Assembly (NCBI GenBank): GCA_017546785.1
Contig: JAFYRW010000031.1
Coordinates: 3,151-67,150 of the forward strand
Reading direction: 5' to 3'
Source: Bacteroidaceae bacterium
GTDB taxonomy: Bacteria > Bacteroidota > Bacteroidia > Bacteroidales > Bacteroidaceae
Length of the DNA: 64,000 nucleotides
Within the stretch, counting starts at the first letter, position 1. Each line of letters begins with the position of its first letter. The notes under the pieces are model-generated. The model ran no database searches and was not told the DNA's origin. It saw only the letters and a program-made list of their open reading frames with translations. The translations under genes were made by a program, and so were the position numbers. Shown here piece after piece: positions 55,826 to 64,000 of this stretch.

Positions 55826-56926
55826 TTATCCTTGTTGTATTATAAGCCTTCTTTTTTCTGTTCTTGCAATAAAAATCTTTGAACTATCGGGCGATAAAAG
55901 AGTGTCTTCTCCCTTTGTAGCATTGTTAATGAATATTGCGGCAACGCCCATATTCATTCTTAGGTTAATTTCTACGCAAGGATGTATCTTTGCACAGCCG
56001 TCAGTGTCGGCGACAAGCATATCAATTCCTAAATAGCCATTGTAGTATTTAGCAATCTCGCTCTCTAACAGTGTGGCGTGTGTCTCTATGCAGTGGGTCA
56101 GCAGTGACTCCTCTATGCCTGTCGATAGTATAAGGCTTTGTAGCTTCTCTTGCGATTCTATAATGTTGTATCCGTAATATCCATTGTCGGCAGCGGTAAA
56201 TACCGAATATCCGGCGAATTTTACAATGCCGTTGTCTATCCTGAATTCTAAGGCAAAGTCGAGAATCTTGTTGTAGAGCTTGTCGGCAATGAATCCTCCC
56301 TGTCTGTTAATGAATCCCGATAGCTTCTCGCGTATAGATGGTGCATCGATGCTGTCGGCCGAGAATACACCGCGCCCGCTGCTCGACCACGGCGATTTTA
56401 ATATTGTAGGCTCTGCTATTTTTAGTGCATCGATACTTTGCAGATAGCGCATCCTCTCGCCAACGAATCTGTGGCGGTTACCGATAATCCTTTCGTTGGA
56501 TAAAAAACGTTGAATATATTCGGTAGCGTATTTCTTGCTCGACAGGCGGCGTATCTCCTCCAATTGCTCTCCGTCGGGTATTCTCTCTTCGGGGAATCCG
56601 AATTTGAGCAGTCGTCGTGCAATGTCTTTACTCCAGCCCCACGGGGCGGCTCTGAATTCTGTGCCGCATCTGTTGCACAATCTGTTGTACCCCTCGTCGG
56701 GCGTCGTGAATATTATCCTTTTGCCTATTCGTGCGGCAATAGCTTGCGCTTCGGCAATCTGATGAGGCTCCAGCAGTAATACGGCGTCTTCGTCGTCAGC
56801 CCACCAAAGGGGTAACGACGAAAGATCCTGCTCCATTTGCAAAATGTTTCGTGGAGGAATGTATCCTAAGCTGTTCGATGCAAGAGAAAGGTCATTCGAA
56901 CAATTGAATATATGCAACAGCCTCAT
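55826..56926 (-). CDS. hypothetical protein, ATP-grasp-like
   Basis: The ORF is 366 aa. The motifs KSPWSSSGRGV and HPCVEINLRMNMG resemble ATP-grasp phosphate-loop and catalytic-loop motifs. It starts 12 nt downstream of ribH. Confidence 0.55.
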   Translation of the reverse strand: MRLLHIFNCSNDLSLASNSLGYIPPRNILQMEQDLSSLPLWWADDEDAVLLLEPHQIAEAQAIAARIGKRIIFTTPDEGYNRLCNRCGTEFRAAPWGWSKDIARRLLKFGFPEERIPDGEQLEEIRRLSSKKYATEYIQRFLSNERIIGNRHRFVGERMRYLQSIDALKIAEPTILKSPWSSSGRGVFSADSIDAPSIREKLSGFINRQGGFIADKLYNKILDFALEFRIDNGIVKFAGYSVFTAADNGYYGYNIIESQEKLQSLILSTGIEESLLTHCIETHATLLESEIAKYYNGYLGIDMLVADTDGCAKIHPCVEINLRMNMGVAAIFINNATKGEDTLLSPDSSKIFIARTEKRRLIIQQG

Positions 56927-56938
56927 TTTTGGTGCGCC

Positions 56939-57421
56939 TTACTTGAAGCGTGCCATCATCTGCAGTGCTGTAACAGCGCACTCGTCGCCTTTGTTGCCGA
57001 GTCGTCCGCCGCTGCGCTCCTGCGCTTGTAAAAGGTTGTTTGTTGTGATGAGTCCGAATATTACAGGAGTATCGTACTCTACGTTCAATTGTGTAAGGCC
57101 CGCGGTTACTCCCTCGCAAATATAGTCGAAATGAGGAGTGTCGCCACGAATGACACAGCCGATAGCTATTACAGCGTCGTATTTCTTGCTTTTTACCATC
57201 TGTGCCGCTCCGTATATCAGCTCAAAGCTTCCTGGAACGCTTACGACGGTAATGTCGCTGGCCTCTACGCCATTGTCGGTCAGTGTCTTTATGGCACCAT
57301 CGCGCAGTGCGTATGTAATCTCTGAATTCCAGTCTGCATATACAATGCCAACCTTACGTCCCTCTCCCGATGCAACGGTCGTGGGGTCGTATTGTGAAAG
57401 ATTGTGTAGTTCGCTTGCCAT
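56939..57421 (-). CDS. ribH: 6,7-dimethyl-8-ribityllumazine synthase
   Basis: The ORF is 160 aa with the blocks VPGSFE, GCVIRGDT.HFDYI and G.KG.E. Confidence 0.95.
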   Translation of the reverse strand: MASELHNLSQYDPTTVASGEGRKVGIVYADWNSEITYALRDGAIKTLTDNGVEASDITVVSVPGSFELIYGAAQMVKSKKYDAVIAIGCVIRGDTPHFDYICEGVTAGLTQLNVEYDTPVIFGLITTNNLLQAQERSGGRLGNKGDECAVTALQMMARFK

Positions 57422-57440
57422 AATATCGTTTATTTAAAAC

Positions 57441-57475
57441 AAAAGGCTGTGTCAAAGATATTGACACAGCCTTTT
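57441..57475 (-). terminator. rho-independent terminator of the upstream TPR gene
   Basis: A 15-bp perfect stem aaaaggctgtgtcaa/ttgacacagcctttt carries a 5-nt loop. Confidence 0.7.
57453..57460 (-). promoter_or_regulatory. -7 box TATCTTTG embedded in the terminator hairpin (ribH)
   Basis: The plus strand reads CAAAGATA across the stem/loop junction, 32 nt upstream of the ribH ATG. Confidence 0.3.
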
Positions 57476-57490
57476 ATGTTGTCCGTTGAA

Positions 57491-58162
57491 TTATTTTACG
57501 TACTCAATGTGCTTTGCAATATCCATCGCCTGATAAGAAGCGGGGTACTCTTTCTCTATCTTCTCGTAGAGCTTGAGTGCCTTGCTCTTCTCGCCCATCT
57601 GCTCGTAGATCTTTCCTGCTGAAAGCAAGCAAGCGGGGCTGATGCTGTTGTTGTCGGCAGCGTCAGCAGCCTTGAGGAGATATTTGACTGCAGCTGCATT
57701 GTCGCCCAAATGAGCGTAGCAGTCGCCGATTGTACGCAATACCGAGGGTGCTACTACCTGATCGTCGCCATCGAACTTCTTCAAATATTCGATTGCTTCG
57801 TCGTAACGCTCCAATTTAGCAAGAGAAAGGCCTGCGTATGCGTTGGCAAGGTCGGCTGTCTTTGTGCCTTTGTACTCTTTTGCTACCTGAATAAAACCGA
57901 GTGAACCGGCGTTGTCACCGTTGAGTGCAGCCTCGTACTGCTCCTGTGCGAAAAGAGTCTCTGCGGGGAAGATAGCCTCTGCAGCTTCTGCTTTGCGGGG
58001 CTCGGCTACGTAAGTGTTGTAAAGAACGCTTCCTGCAATGGCTACAACGATTACAGCGATTACTGCAAGGATAATTGTCTTGTATTTGAGGACGAAAGCC
58101 TCTGATTTGCTAAGAGCCTGGTCGAATACAATAGGCTCGTCATTTTTCTTTTTTGTGCTCAT
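57491..58162 (-). CDS. membrane-anchored TPR protein (YfgM-like)
   Basis: The ORF is 223 aa with one TM helix after a basic N-terminus, followed by TPR-like repeats. Confidence 0.7.
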   Translation of the reverse strand: MSTKKKNDEPIVFDQALSKSEAFVLKYKTIILAVIAVIVVAIAGSVLYNTYVAEPRKAEAAEAIFPAETLFAQEQYEAALNGDNAGSLGFIQVAKEYKGTKTADLANAYAGLSLAKLERYDEAIEYLKKFDGDDQVVAPSVLRTIGDCYAHLGDNAAAVKYLLKAADAADNNSISPACLLSAGKIYEQMGEKSKALKLYEKIEKEYPASYQAMDIAKHIEYVK

Positions 58163-58366
58163 TTCTATTTATTTGTTTATTTTGTCTTTTTGGTAATTTT
58201 ACAGCATTTATAATGGCTGCTGTCTGTACATTTGCTTGCAAAAATAATCAAAAAATATTTAGGCCGAAAATTATATCTGTTTTTTTTGCTTTGGAACGGA
58301 TTTATATCTTTTTTAACGATAAATTTATCTATCTTCGCACTGAATTTATTAAATGTATTATAGTAG

Positions 58367-59473
58367 ATGCTACTCGATTCACTAACAGTGCTTAATTATA
58401 GGAATCTTGCCGACGTGAATGTCTCTTTCTCGCCAAAGATAAATTGCTTGATTGGTCGTAACGGAATGGGAAAGACTAACTTGCTCGACGCTGTTTACTA
58501 TCTTTCGTTCTGTAAGAGTGCCATTTCATCGTCCGATACGCTGAATATAATGCACGAGACACCTTTCTTTATGCTGCAGGGAAATTATCGTAGGGATAGT
58601 GGCCTTGAGGAGGAGATTTCTTGCGCTCTCAAACGTGGCGAAAAGAAACAGTTCCGCAGAAATAAGAAAAATTACGAACGCTTCTCGGAGCATATAGGCT
58701 CGGTGCCTTTGGTAATAGTCTCTCCTGCCGACAATGAATTGATTGCCGGTGGAAGTGATGAGCGTCGCCGCTTTATGGACGTTGTAATATCGCAATACGA
58801 CAAGGAGTATCTTACAGCGCTCATACGCTATAATCGTGCTCTGCAGCAACGCAACAGCCTGCTGCGCGGTGAGCGTGAGCCAGACTCGGAAATGATGACA
58901 CTCATAGAGGATATGATTTGTGCCGAAGCGTATGTTGTGCACGAAAAGCGCTCGCTCTTTGTCGAGGAGCTTGTGCCGATTTTCCAGGAATTCCACAAGC
59001 AGATAACGGGCGGCAACGAATCGGTTATCCTTCGCTATCGCAGCGACGTTGCCGAAAAGAACCTCTCGGAGCTTCTTGCTGCATCGCGTGCCTACGACCG
59101 TCGCTTGGGTTATACGACAAAAGGTGCGCACCGCGATGAACTTGTTATGCAGTTGGGTGGTTATGCTATTAGACGTGAGGGCTCACAGGGGCAGAATAAA
59201 AGCTTTCTTGTGGCGCTGAAATTGGCTCAGTTCGATTTTTTGCGTCGCAAGGGCGGCGAGACGCCATTGTTGTTGCTCGATGATATTTTTGACAAACTCG
59301 ATTCGCGTCGTGTAGAAAAGATTATAGAATTGGTTGCAAGCGACCTTTTCGGACAAATTTTCATCACAGACGTCAATCGCGAACATATAGATAATATTTT
59401 GGATGGCGTAAACGGCGAATATAAACTTTTTGAGGTTAATGCCGGAAACGTGGAGTTATTAAAGGAACGATGA
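58367..59473 (+). CDS. recF: DNA replication and repair protein RecF
   Basis: The Walker A motif GRNGMGKTNLLDA, an SMC-like signature and Walker B LLLLDDIF are present. Confidence 0.93.
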   Translation: MLLDSLTVLNYRNLADVNVSFSPKINCLIGRNGMGKTNLLDAVYYLSFCKSAISSSDTLNIMHETPFFMLQGNYRRDSGLEEEISCALKRGEKKQFRRNKKNYERFSEHIGSVPLVIVSPADNELIAGGSDERRRFMDVVISQYDKEYLTALIRYNRALQQRNSLLRGEREPDSEMMTLIEDMICAEAYVVHEKRSLFVEELVPIFQEFHKQITGGNESVILRYRSDVAEKNLSELLAASRAYDRRLGYTTKGAHRDELVMQLGGYAIRREGSQGQNKSFLVALKLAQFDFLRRKGGETPLLLLDDIFDKLDSRRVEKIIELVASDLFGQIFITDVNREHIDNILDGVNGEYKLFEVNAGNVELLKER

Positions 59474-59760
59474 AGAGAGGAGAGACAAAATCAATAGCGG
59501 AGCTTGTGAGAGCTACTTGCCGCGAGGAGGGTATAGAGACTCCTCTCAACGAGTATCGTCTCATTCAATCGTGGCCCAAAATATTCGGTCCCGGAGTATG
59601 CGCCTATACAAAGGAACTTTTTATAAAGAATCAGGTTCTTTATGTTACACTGACCTCTTCAGTATTGCGTCAGGAACTTATGATGAACCGTAAATTGCTT
59701 GTACACAAACTGAATGAGTCCGTTAAGGCTCAAGTAATAACCGACATTATTTTTCGTTGA
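59470..59760 (+). CDS. DUF721-family (DciA-like) protein
   Basis: The ORF is 96 aa and overlaps the recF stop by 4 nt, which is the typical recF-DUF721 arrangement. Confidence 0.7.
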   Translation: MKRGETKSIAELVRATCREEGIETPLNEYRLIQSWPKIFGPGVCAYTKELFIKNQVLYVTLTSSVLRQELMMNRKLLVHKLNESVKAQVITDIIFR

Positions 59761-59797
59761 ATAAAATTGTTTCGGAAATTATTATAGAAAGAGTGTT

Positions 59798-61057
59798 ATG
59801 CGGAATTCAAGAATCGGTATCAGGCTTATAGGGTTGAGCTTTTTGCAGTTTGCGGTGTGGGGCGCCTATCTTACATCAATGGGACGCTGTCTCGATGAGT
59901 GTGGCCTTGCCTCGCGTATAGGGGCATTTTATGCAGTGCTGGGAATAGTCTCTATATTTATGCCGGCAATAATAGGTATAATAGCCGACAGATGGGTACA
60001 GGCTCAGCGTCTGCTCTCTTTCTGCCATTTTGTTGCCGCAGTCTTTATGCTGGCACTTGCTTATGTGGGAATAACAAAAGGCGACACGCTTGTATTCTCC
60101 GATGTTTTCTGGCTCTATACTATAAGCGTGGCATTTTATATGCCCACTCTCGCCCTCTCTAATTCAGTCTCTTATTCGGTGCTCGAAAGAGCTTCTCTCG
60201 ACACGGTAAAGGCCTTCCCCCCAATAAGAGTCTTTGGTACGGTGGGCTTTATTGTCTCAATGTGGATTGTGGACCTTCTAGGTTTTCAGGCCAATTGGAA
60301 CCAATTTATAACGTCGGCAGTGTGGGGCTTGCTGTTGTCGGCCTATTCGCTGACAATGCCTGAGTGCTCGGTGAGTAAGAGCCGCGAAAAGCGTTCCTTG
60401 TCCGCAATCTTGGGCCTCGATGCCTTCAAACTGTTCAGACAAAAGAGGATGGCAGTCTTTTTCCTCTTTTCGATGCTGCTAGGAGGCGCATTGCAGGTGT
60501 CGAACAGCTACGCAAACATTTTTATAGAGAGTTTCGCTTCCGATGCAAAATATGCAGGCACTTTTGCCGTTGAACATACGAATATACTAATCTCATTGTC
60601 GCAGATGAGCGAGGTTCTTTGCATACTTCTTATCCCGTTCTTCCTCGGACGCTTCGGAATAAAGAAGGTGATGCTAATCTCTATGCTTGCCTGGACTCTG
60701 AGATTCGCATTCTTTGGAATGGGTAATCCCGGTGGGGGAGTATGGTTTTTTATCCTCTCGATGGTTGTCTATGGTATGGCGTTCGATTTTTACAATATAT
60801 CGGGTTCCCTGTTCGTGGACAAAGAGGTTCCCGAGAATATGCGTTCAAGCGCTCAGGGGCTTTTTATGCTTATGACAAATGGTCTTGGAGCGTCGTTGGG
60901 TGTTATTGCGGCGCAAGAGGTCGTGAACTACTTTACCGACAATCTGCAGTCGCCCTCGGGGTGGCCTGTAGTGTGGTATTTGTTCGCTGCCTATGCGCTT
61001 GTGATAGCTGTACTTTTTGCGATAATGTTCAAGGAAGGTAAGGTTGAAAAGAGATAA
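59798..61057 (+). CDS. MFS nucleoside permease (NupG/XapB-like)
   Basis: The ORF is 419 aa with about 12 TM helices and an N-terminal pattern typical of nucleoside:H+ symporters. Confidence 0.75.
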   Translation: MRNSRIGIRLIGLSFLQFAVWGAYLTSMGRCLDECGLASRIGAFYAVLGIVSIFMPAIIGIIADRWVQAQRLLSFCHFVAAVFMLALAYVGITKGDTLVFSDVFWLYTISVAFYMPTLALSNSVSYSVLERASLDTVKAFPPIRVFGTVGFIVSMWIVDLLGFQANWNQFITSAVWGLLLSAYSLTMPECSVSKSREKRSLSAILGLDAFKLFRQKRMAVFFLFSMLLGGALQVSNSYANIFIESFASDAKYAGTFAVEHTNILISLSQMSEVLCILLIPFFLGRFGIKKVMLISMLAWTLRFAFFGMGNPGGGVWFFILSMVVYGMAFDFYNISGSLFVDKEVPENMRSSAQGLFMLMTNGLGASLGVIAAQEVVNYFTDNLQSPSGWPVVWYLFAAYALVIAVLFAIMFKEGKVEKR

Positions 61058-61060
61058 AAT

Positions 61061-61648
61061 ATGATAGAACTTGTTGTTTCCGATATTCTTAGTAAGTCCT
61101 CAGACGAGCGAGCCTATGTGATGCTGCTCCGCGAGCGCGATGGTGCGCGAAAGATTCTTGTGGCCATAGGCTATATTGAAGCGCAGGCAATAGCTTTTGC
61201 AATGAAGAATATAACTACTAAGCGTCCTATAACACACGATCTTTTCGGCACTATAATAGATGCGTTGGGCGCAACTATGCAGTGTGCGGTGGTAAGAAAG
61301 GTCGAAGATGGAACATTCTACTCCAAGCTGGTATTCAAGGTAGGCGACAGCGAGGAACTGCGCGAGGTTGATGCGCGAACATCCGATGCTGTGGCAATAG
61401 CCCTGCGCTGTTCCGCGCCCATATATATACAGGAGGAATTGCTTAACCGCGTATGTATACGCGACGAATTCAATGGGGCAATATCAATCCCAATCTCCAT
61501 TGCCGATACAAAAACTTTAAAGGCTGTGATGCAGCAGGCTGTCGAGGAGGAGAATTACGAGCTTGCATCGAAACTTAAGGAGGAACTCGATTCGCGTCGA
61601 CGCGAGAGTGACAAGAATATAGACACAGACGAAAATATGAAATTATAA
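61061..61648 (+). CDS. bifunctional nuclease family protein with a UVR motif
   Basis: A DUF151-like N-terminal domain is present (RKILVAIGYIEAQAIA...RPITHDL). The C-terminal part has EENYELASKLKEEL. Confidence 0.75.
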   Translation: MIELVVSDILSKSSDERAYVMLLRERDGARKILVAIGYIEAQAIAFAMKNITTKRPITHDLFGTIIDALGATMQCAVVRKVEDGTFYSKLVFKVGDSEELREVDARTSDAVAIALRCSAPIYIQEELLNRVCIRDEFNGAISIPISIADTKTLKAVMQQAVEEENYELASKLKEELDSRRRESDKNIDTDENMKL

Positions 61649-61653
61649 TAAAA

Positions 61654-62355
61654 ATGGCACTTTTTTACGCACCGAACATAGACACGACATTAGAATTACC
61701 CGAGGATGAGGCTGCACACTGTCTGCGTGTGCTTCGATTAGGGGTTGGAGCCGAGCTTGATGTTACCGACGGCAAAGGAAATTTCTATAAGACAGTAATT
61801 TCATCCATTGCTGGTAAGCATTGCTATCTGGAGATTGTCGAAAAGATTACCCCTGCTAAAGGCTGGAGAGGACATCTGCATCTTGCCATTGCTCCCACAA
61901 AGAATATGGATCGCATAGAGTGGCTCATAGAGAAGGCTACAGAGATTGGCATAGACGAGATTACCTTCCTTAATTGCCGTTTCTCGGAGCGTAAGGTTGT
62001 AAAGACCGACCGCATAGAGCGCATAGTCGTTTCGGGAATGAAACAGTCGCTAAAACCATTAAAGCCCATAGTAAACGAAATGGTGGACTTTAAAAAGTTT
62101 ATTGCAGCTACCCGCGACGGCGCAAGATTTATCGCCCACTGCTACGATGGCGACCGTAAATTGCTCAAGGAGCAACTACTGCAGGGTGTCGATGCAACAA
62201 TACTCATAGGCCCCGAGGGAGACTTTAGCCCCGAGGAGGTTGAAACGGCCATTGCCGCAGGCTTTATGCCTGTGAGTCTGGGTAACTCACGCCTTCGCAC
62301 CGAGACTGCCGGCCTTGTAGCTTGTCATACGTTTAATCTGATAAATGAACTTTGA
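61654..62355 (+). CDS. rsmE: 16S rRNA (uracil1498-N3)-methyltransferase
   Basis: The ORF is 233 aa with an RsmE pattern (..HCLRVLRL..G....[15 protein letters not shown]). Confidence 0.9.
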   Translation: MALFYAPNIDTTLELPEDEAAHCLRVLRLGVGAELDVTDGKGNFYKTVISSIAGKHCYLEIVEKITPAKGWRGHLHLAIAPTKNMDRIEWLIEKATEIGIDEITFLNCRFSERKVVKTDRIERIVVSGMKQSLKPLKPIVNEMVDFKKFIAATRDGARFIAHCYDGDRKLLKEQLLQGVDATILIGPEGDFSPEEVETAIAAGFMPVSLGNSRLRTETAGLVACHTFNLINEL

Positions 62356-63104
62356 TGGCACGCTATTTTATAATATTCTCATACGACGGTGCAGCCTATC
62401 ACGGTTGGCAGATACAGCCCAACGCCCGTACCGTTCAGCAGGAACTCGAGGGTGCATTGGCGCTGCTTCTGCGCGAGAATTGCCCGGTGGTTGGCGCCGG
62501 TCGTACCGACACAGGGGTTAATGCTGCTCAGATGGTGGCGCACGCCGACCTTCCCGAAAATATAGACACAGCTCAGCTGATATATAAATTGAACAAGGTG
62601 CTTCCGCCTGATATCTCGGTAAGCGCTATACGCCGCGTAAAGGACGATGCACACGCTCGCTTCGACGCTGTGTCGCGCTGCTACTGCTATTATGTATCGA
62701 CAGTAAAGAGCCCCTTTGCGCGTAGATACGCCTGCCGAGTACCATCTGACCTTAATTTTGAGGCAATGAACAATGCGGCTAGAGTGTTGCCTGAGTATAC
62801 CGACTTTACCAGCTTCAGCAAGCTGCACACCGACGTAAAGACAAACAATTGCAAAATAAAATCGGCTCAATGGAAGCGTCTCGACGATAATCATTGGGTG
62901 TTTGAGATAGAGGCTGACCGCTTTTTGCGTAATATGGTGCGTGCAATAGTGGGTACGCTGCTCCTTGTCGGTAGAGGAAAACTGACTGTCGATGATTTTC
63001 GCAATGTGATAGAGCAGAAGGAGCGCTGCGCTGCGGGCGATTCGGCCGTTGCCGAGGCTCTTTTCCTTGCCGAAGTAAAATATCCTAATGATATTTACCT
63101 ATGA
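62352..63104 (+). CDS. truA: tRNA pseudouridine(38-40) synthase
   Basis: The [11 protein letters not shown] catalytic-Asp motif and a RFLRNMVR block are present. Confidence 0.93.
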   Translation: MMARYFIIFSYDGAAYHGWQIQPNARTVQQELEGALALLLRENCPVVGAGRTDTGVNAAQMVAHADLPENIDTAQLIYKLNKVLPPDISVSAIRRVKDDAHARFDAVSRCYCYYVSTVKSPFARRYACRVPSDLNFEAMNNAARVLPEYTDFTSFSKLHTDVKTNNCKIKSAQWKRLDDNHWVFEIEADRFLRNMVRAIVGTLLLVGRGKLTVDDFRNVIEQKERCAAGDSAVAEALFLAEVKYPNDIYL

Positions 63105-64000
63105 TGTGGGCTCTGTTGGCATTTGTATCGGCTGCGTTGCTCGGCTGCTACGACTTTTTCAAAAAAGTGTCGTTAAAGGATAACTCTGTCCTTGTGGTGC
63201 TTTTCCTGAATACTCTCTTCTCTACTGTAATATTCCTACCGTTTATATTCCTGTCGCAGCAGGGCTGTATAGAATCGGGAATGCTATATGTGCCCGAGGG
63301 TACTCTGCAGCAGCATCTTTATCTGGTGCTTAAGGCTGTGATTGTGCTCTCTTCATGGCTCTGCGGATACATAGGAATAAAGCATCTACCAATAACAATA
63401 GTATCTCCCATACAGGCGACACGCCCTGTTCTTGTGCTTTTGGGCGCGTTGCTCCTTTTTGGAGAGAAACTCAATCTCTACCAATGGGTGGGAGTGCTCA
63501 CTGCCATTCTCTCTTTTTATCTGCTTAGCAGAAGCGGCAAGCGCGAGGGAATAGACTTTAAGCACAACCGTTGGGTGTTCTTTGTCATTATGGCTGCATT
63601 GCTGGGAGCGGTGAGCGCCCTTTACGATAAATTCCTTATGCGCTCTCTTGAACCTATGTTCGTGCAGTCTTGGTTCAATTTGTACCAGTGTCTGCTTATG
63701 GGAGCTATTGTCCTTGCAATGATCGCGTTTACCAAAAATGGCGGAAAGAGACATTTTTCCTGGCGCTGGTCTATTCCTCTTATATCGTTGTTCCTTGCCG
63801 CGGCCGATTTTTGTTATTTCTCGGCATTGGCGCAGGACGATGCGCTCATTGCCGTTGTATCAATGATACGCCGAGGCAGTGTGGTAGTCTCTTTTGCTTT
63901 TGGTGCGTTGTTGCTGCGCGAGAAGAATCTGAAGAGCAAGGCTGTAGACCTGCTATTCATCTTAATAGGATTGTTTTTCCTTTATCTTGGTTCAAAATGA
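63101..64000 (+). CDS. EamA/DMT-family transporter
   Basis: The ORF is 299 aa with about 10 TM helices. The stop codon sits at the window end. Confidence 0.8.
   Translation: MMWALLAFVSAALLGCYDFFKKVSLKDNSVLVVLFLNTLFSTVIFLPFIFLSQQGCIESGMLYVPEGTLQQHLYLVLKAVIVLSSWLCGYIGIKHLPITIVSPIQATRPVLVLLGALLLFGEKLNLYQWVGVLTAILSFYLLSRSGKREGIDFKHNRWVFFVIMAALLGAVSALYDKFLMRSLEPMFVQSWFNLYQCLLMGAIVLAMIAFTKNGGKRHFSWRWSIPLISLFLAAADFCYFSALAQDDALIAVVSMIRRGSVVVSFAFGALLLREKNLKSKAVDLLFILIGLFFLYLGSK

Noticed and set aside
57422-57490. An FMN riboswitch upstream of ribH.
   Set aside because: Only 69 nt are available and a simple perfect hairpin fills most of it. That is far too short for an FMN aptamer.
1-64000. CRISPR arrays, rRNA operons, transposases, integrases, prophage genes and toxin-antitoxin or restriction-modification modules.
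   Set aside because: None were recognised in any frame. No direct-repeat or spacer periodicity was seen, and no DDE, tyrosine or serine recombinase motifs were noticed.

Overview
The window reads as a chromosomal segment from a Bacteroidales (Bacteroidota) genome. Evidence for this: many TAnnTTTG -7 promoter boxes, no Shine-Dalgarno dependence, a UpxY antiterminator, T9SS C-terminal sorting domains, an ArgF'-type transcarbamylase and a long-form NagB. I call about 57 protein genes, one tRNA-Arg(CCG) and many palindromic bidirectional rho-independent terminators. I found no CRISPR array, rRNA, transposase, integrase or phage genes.

Most of the content is core housekeeping:
- Replication and repair: dnaE, recF, rarA, ung.
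- Translation and tRNA: proS, glnS, tadA, truA, rsmE.
- Metabolism: trxA, psd/pssA, birA, pyrH, asnA, ahpC, fhs, argF', ribH.
- Envelope and secretion: secG plus lptD-, lptE- and tamB-like genes.

The less ordinary parts are:
1. A tightly packed five-gene minus-strand operon (17761-22296). It encodes a VTC (polyphosphate-polymerase-type) domain protein, a DUF4956 membrane protein, a predicted outer-membrane beta-barrel, a tiny T9SS cargo protein and a beta-helix surface protein. This is my best candidate for an uncharacterised system, possibly trans-envelope polyanion or polyphosphate synthesis and display.
2. An AT-rich islet of about 1.2 kb (6665-7856). It holds a 116-nt extended RNA hairpin, a mini-HTH gene, 11-bp direct repeats and an exported protein with eight DnaJ-type CxxC zinc-finger motifs.
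3. A sulfated-glycan module (4-6664). It contains a Ser-type sulfatase next to its radical-SAM maturase, a NagB-LmbE fusion and a GH35-like protein with a degenerate catalytic signature.
4. Several smaller oddities: a compensated A19:U56 elbow pair in the tRNA, a candidate sRNA upstream of the tRNA, an orphan UpxY-glycosyltransferase pair, a sensor-less sigma54 activator with a GAFTDA loop, and an ATP-grasp-like gene co-transcribed with ribH.

All calls come from reading the ORF translations and the DNA by eye. No database search or computation was run.
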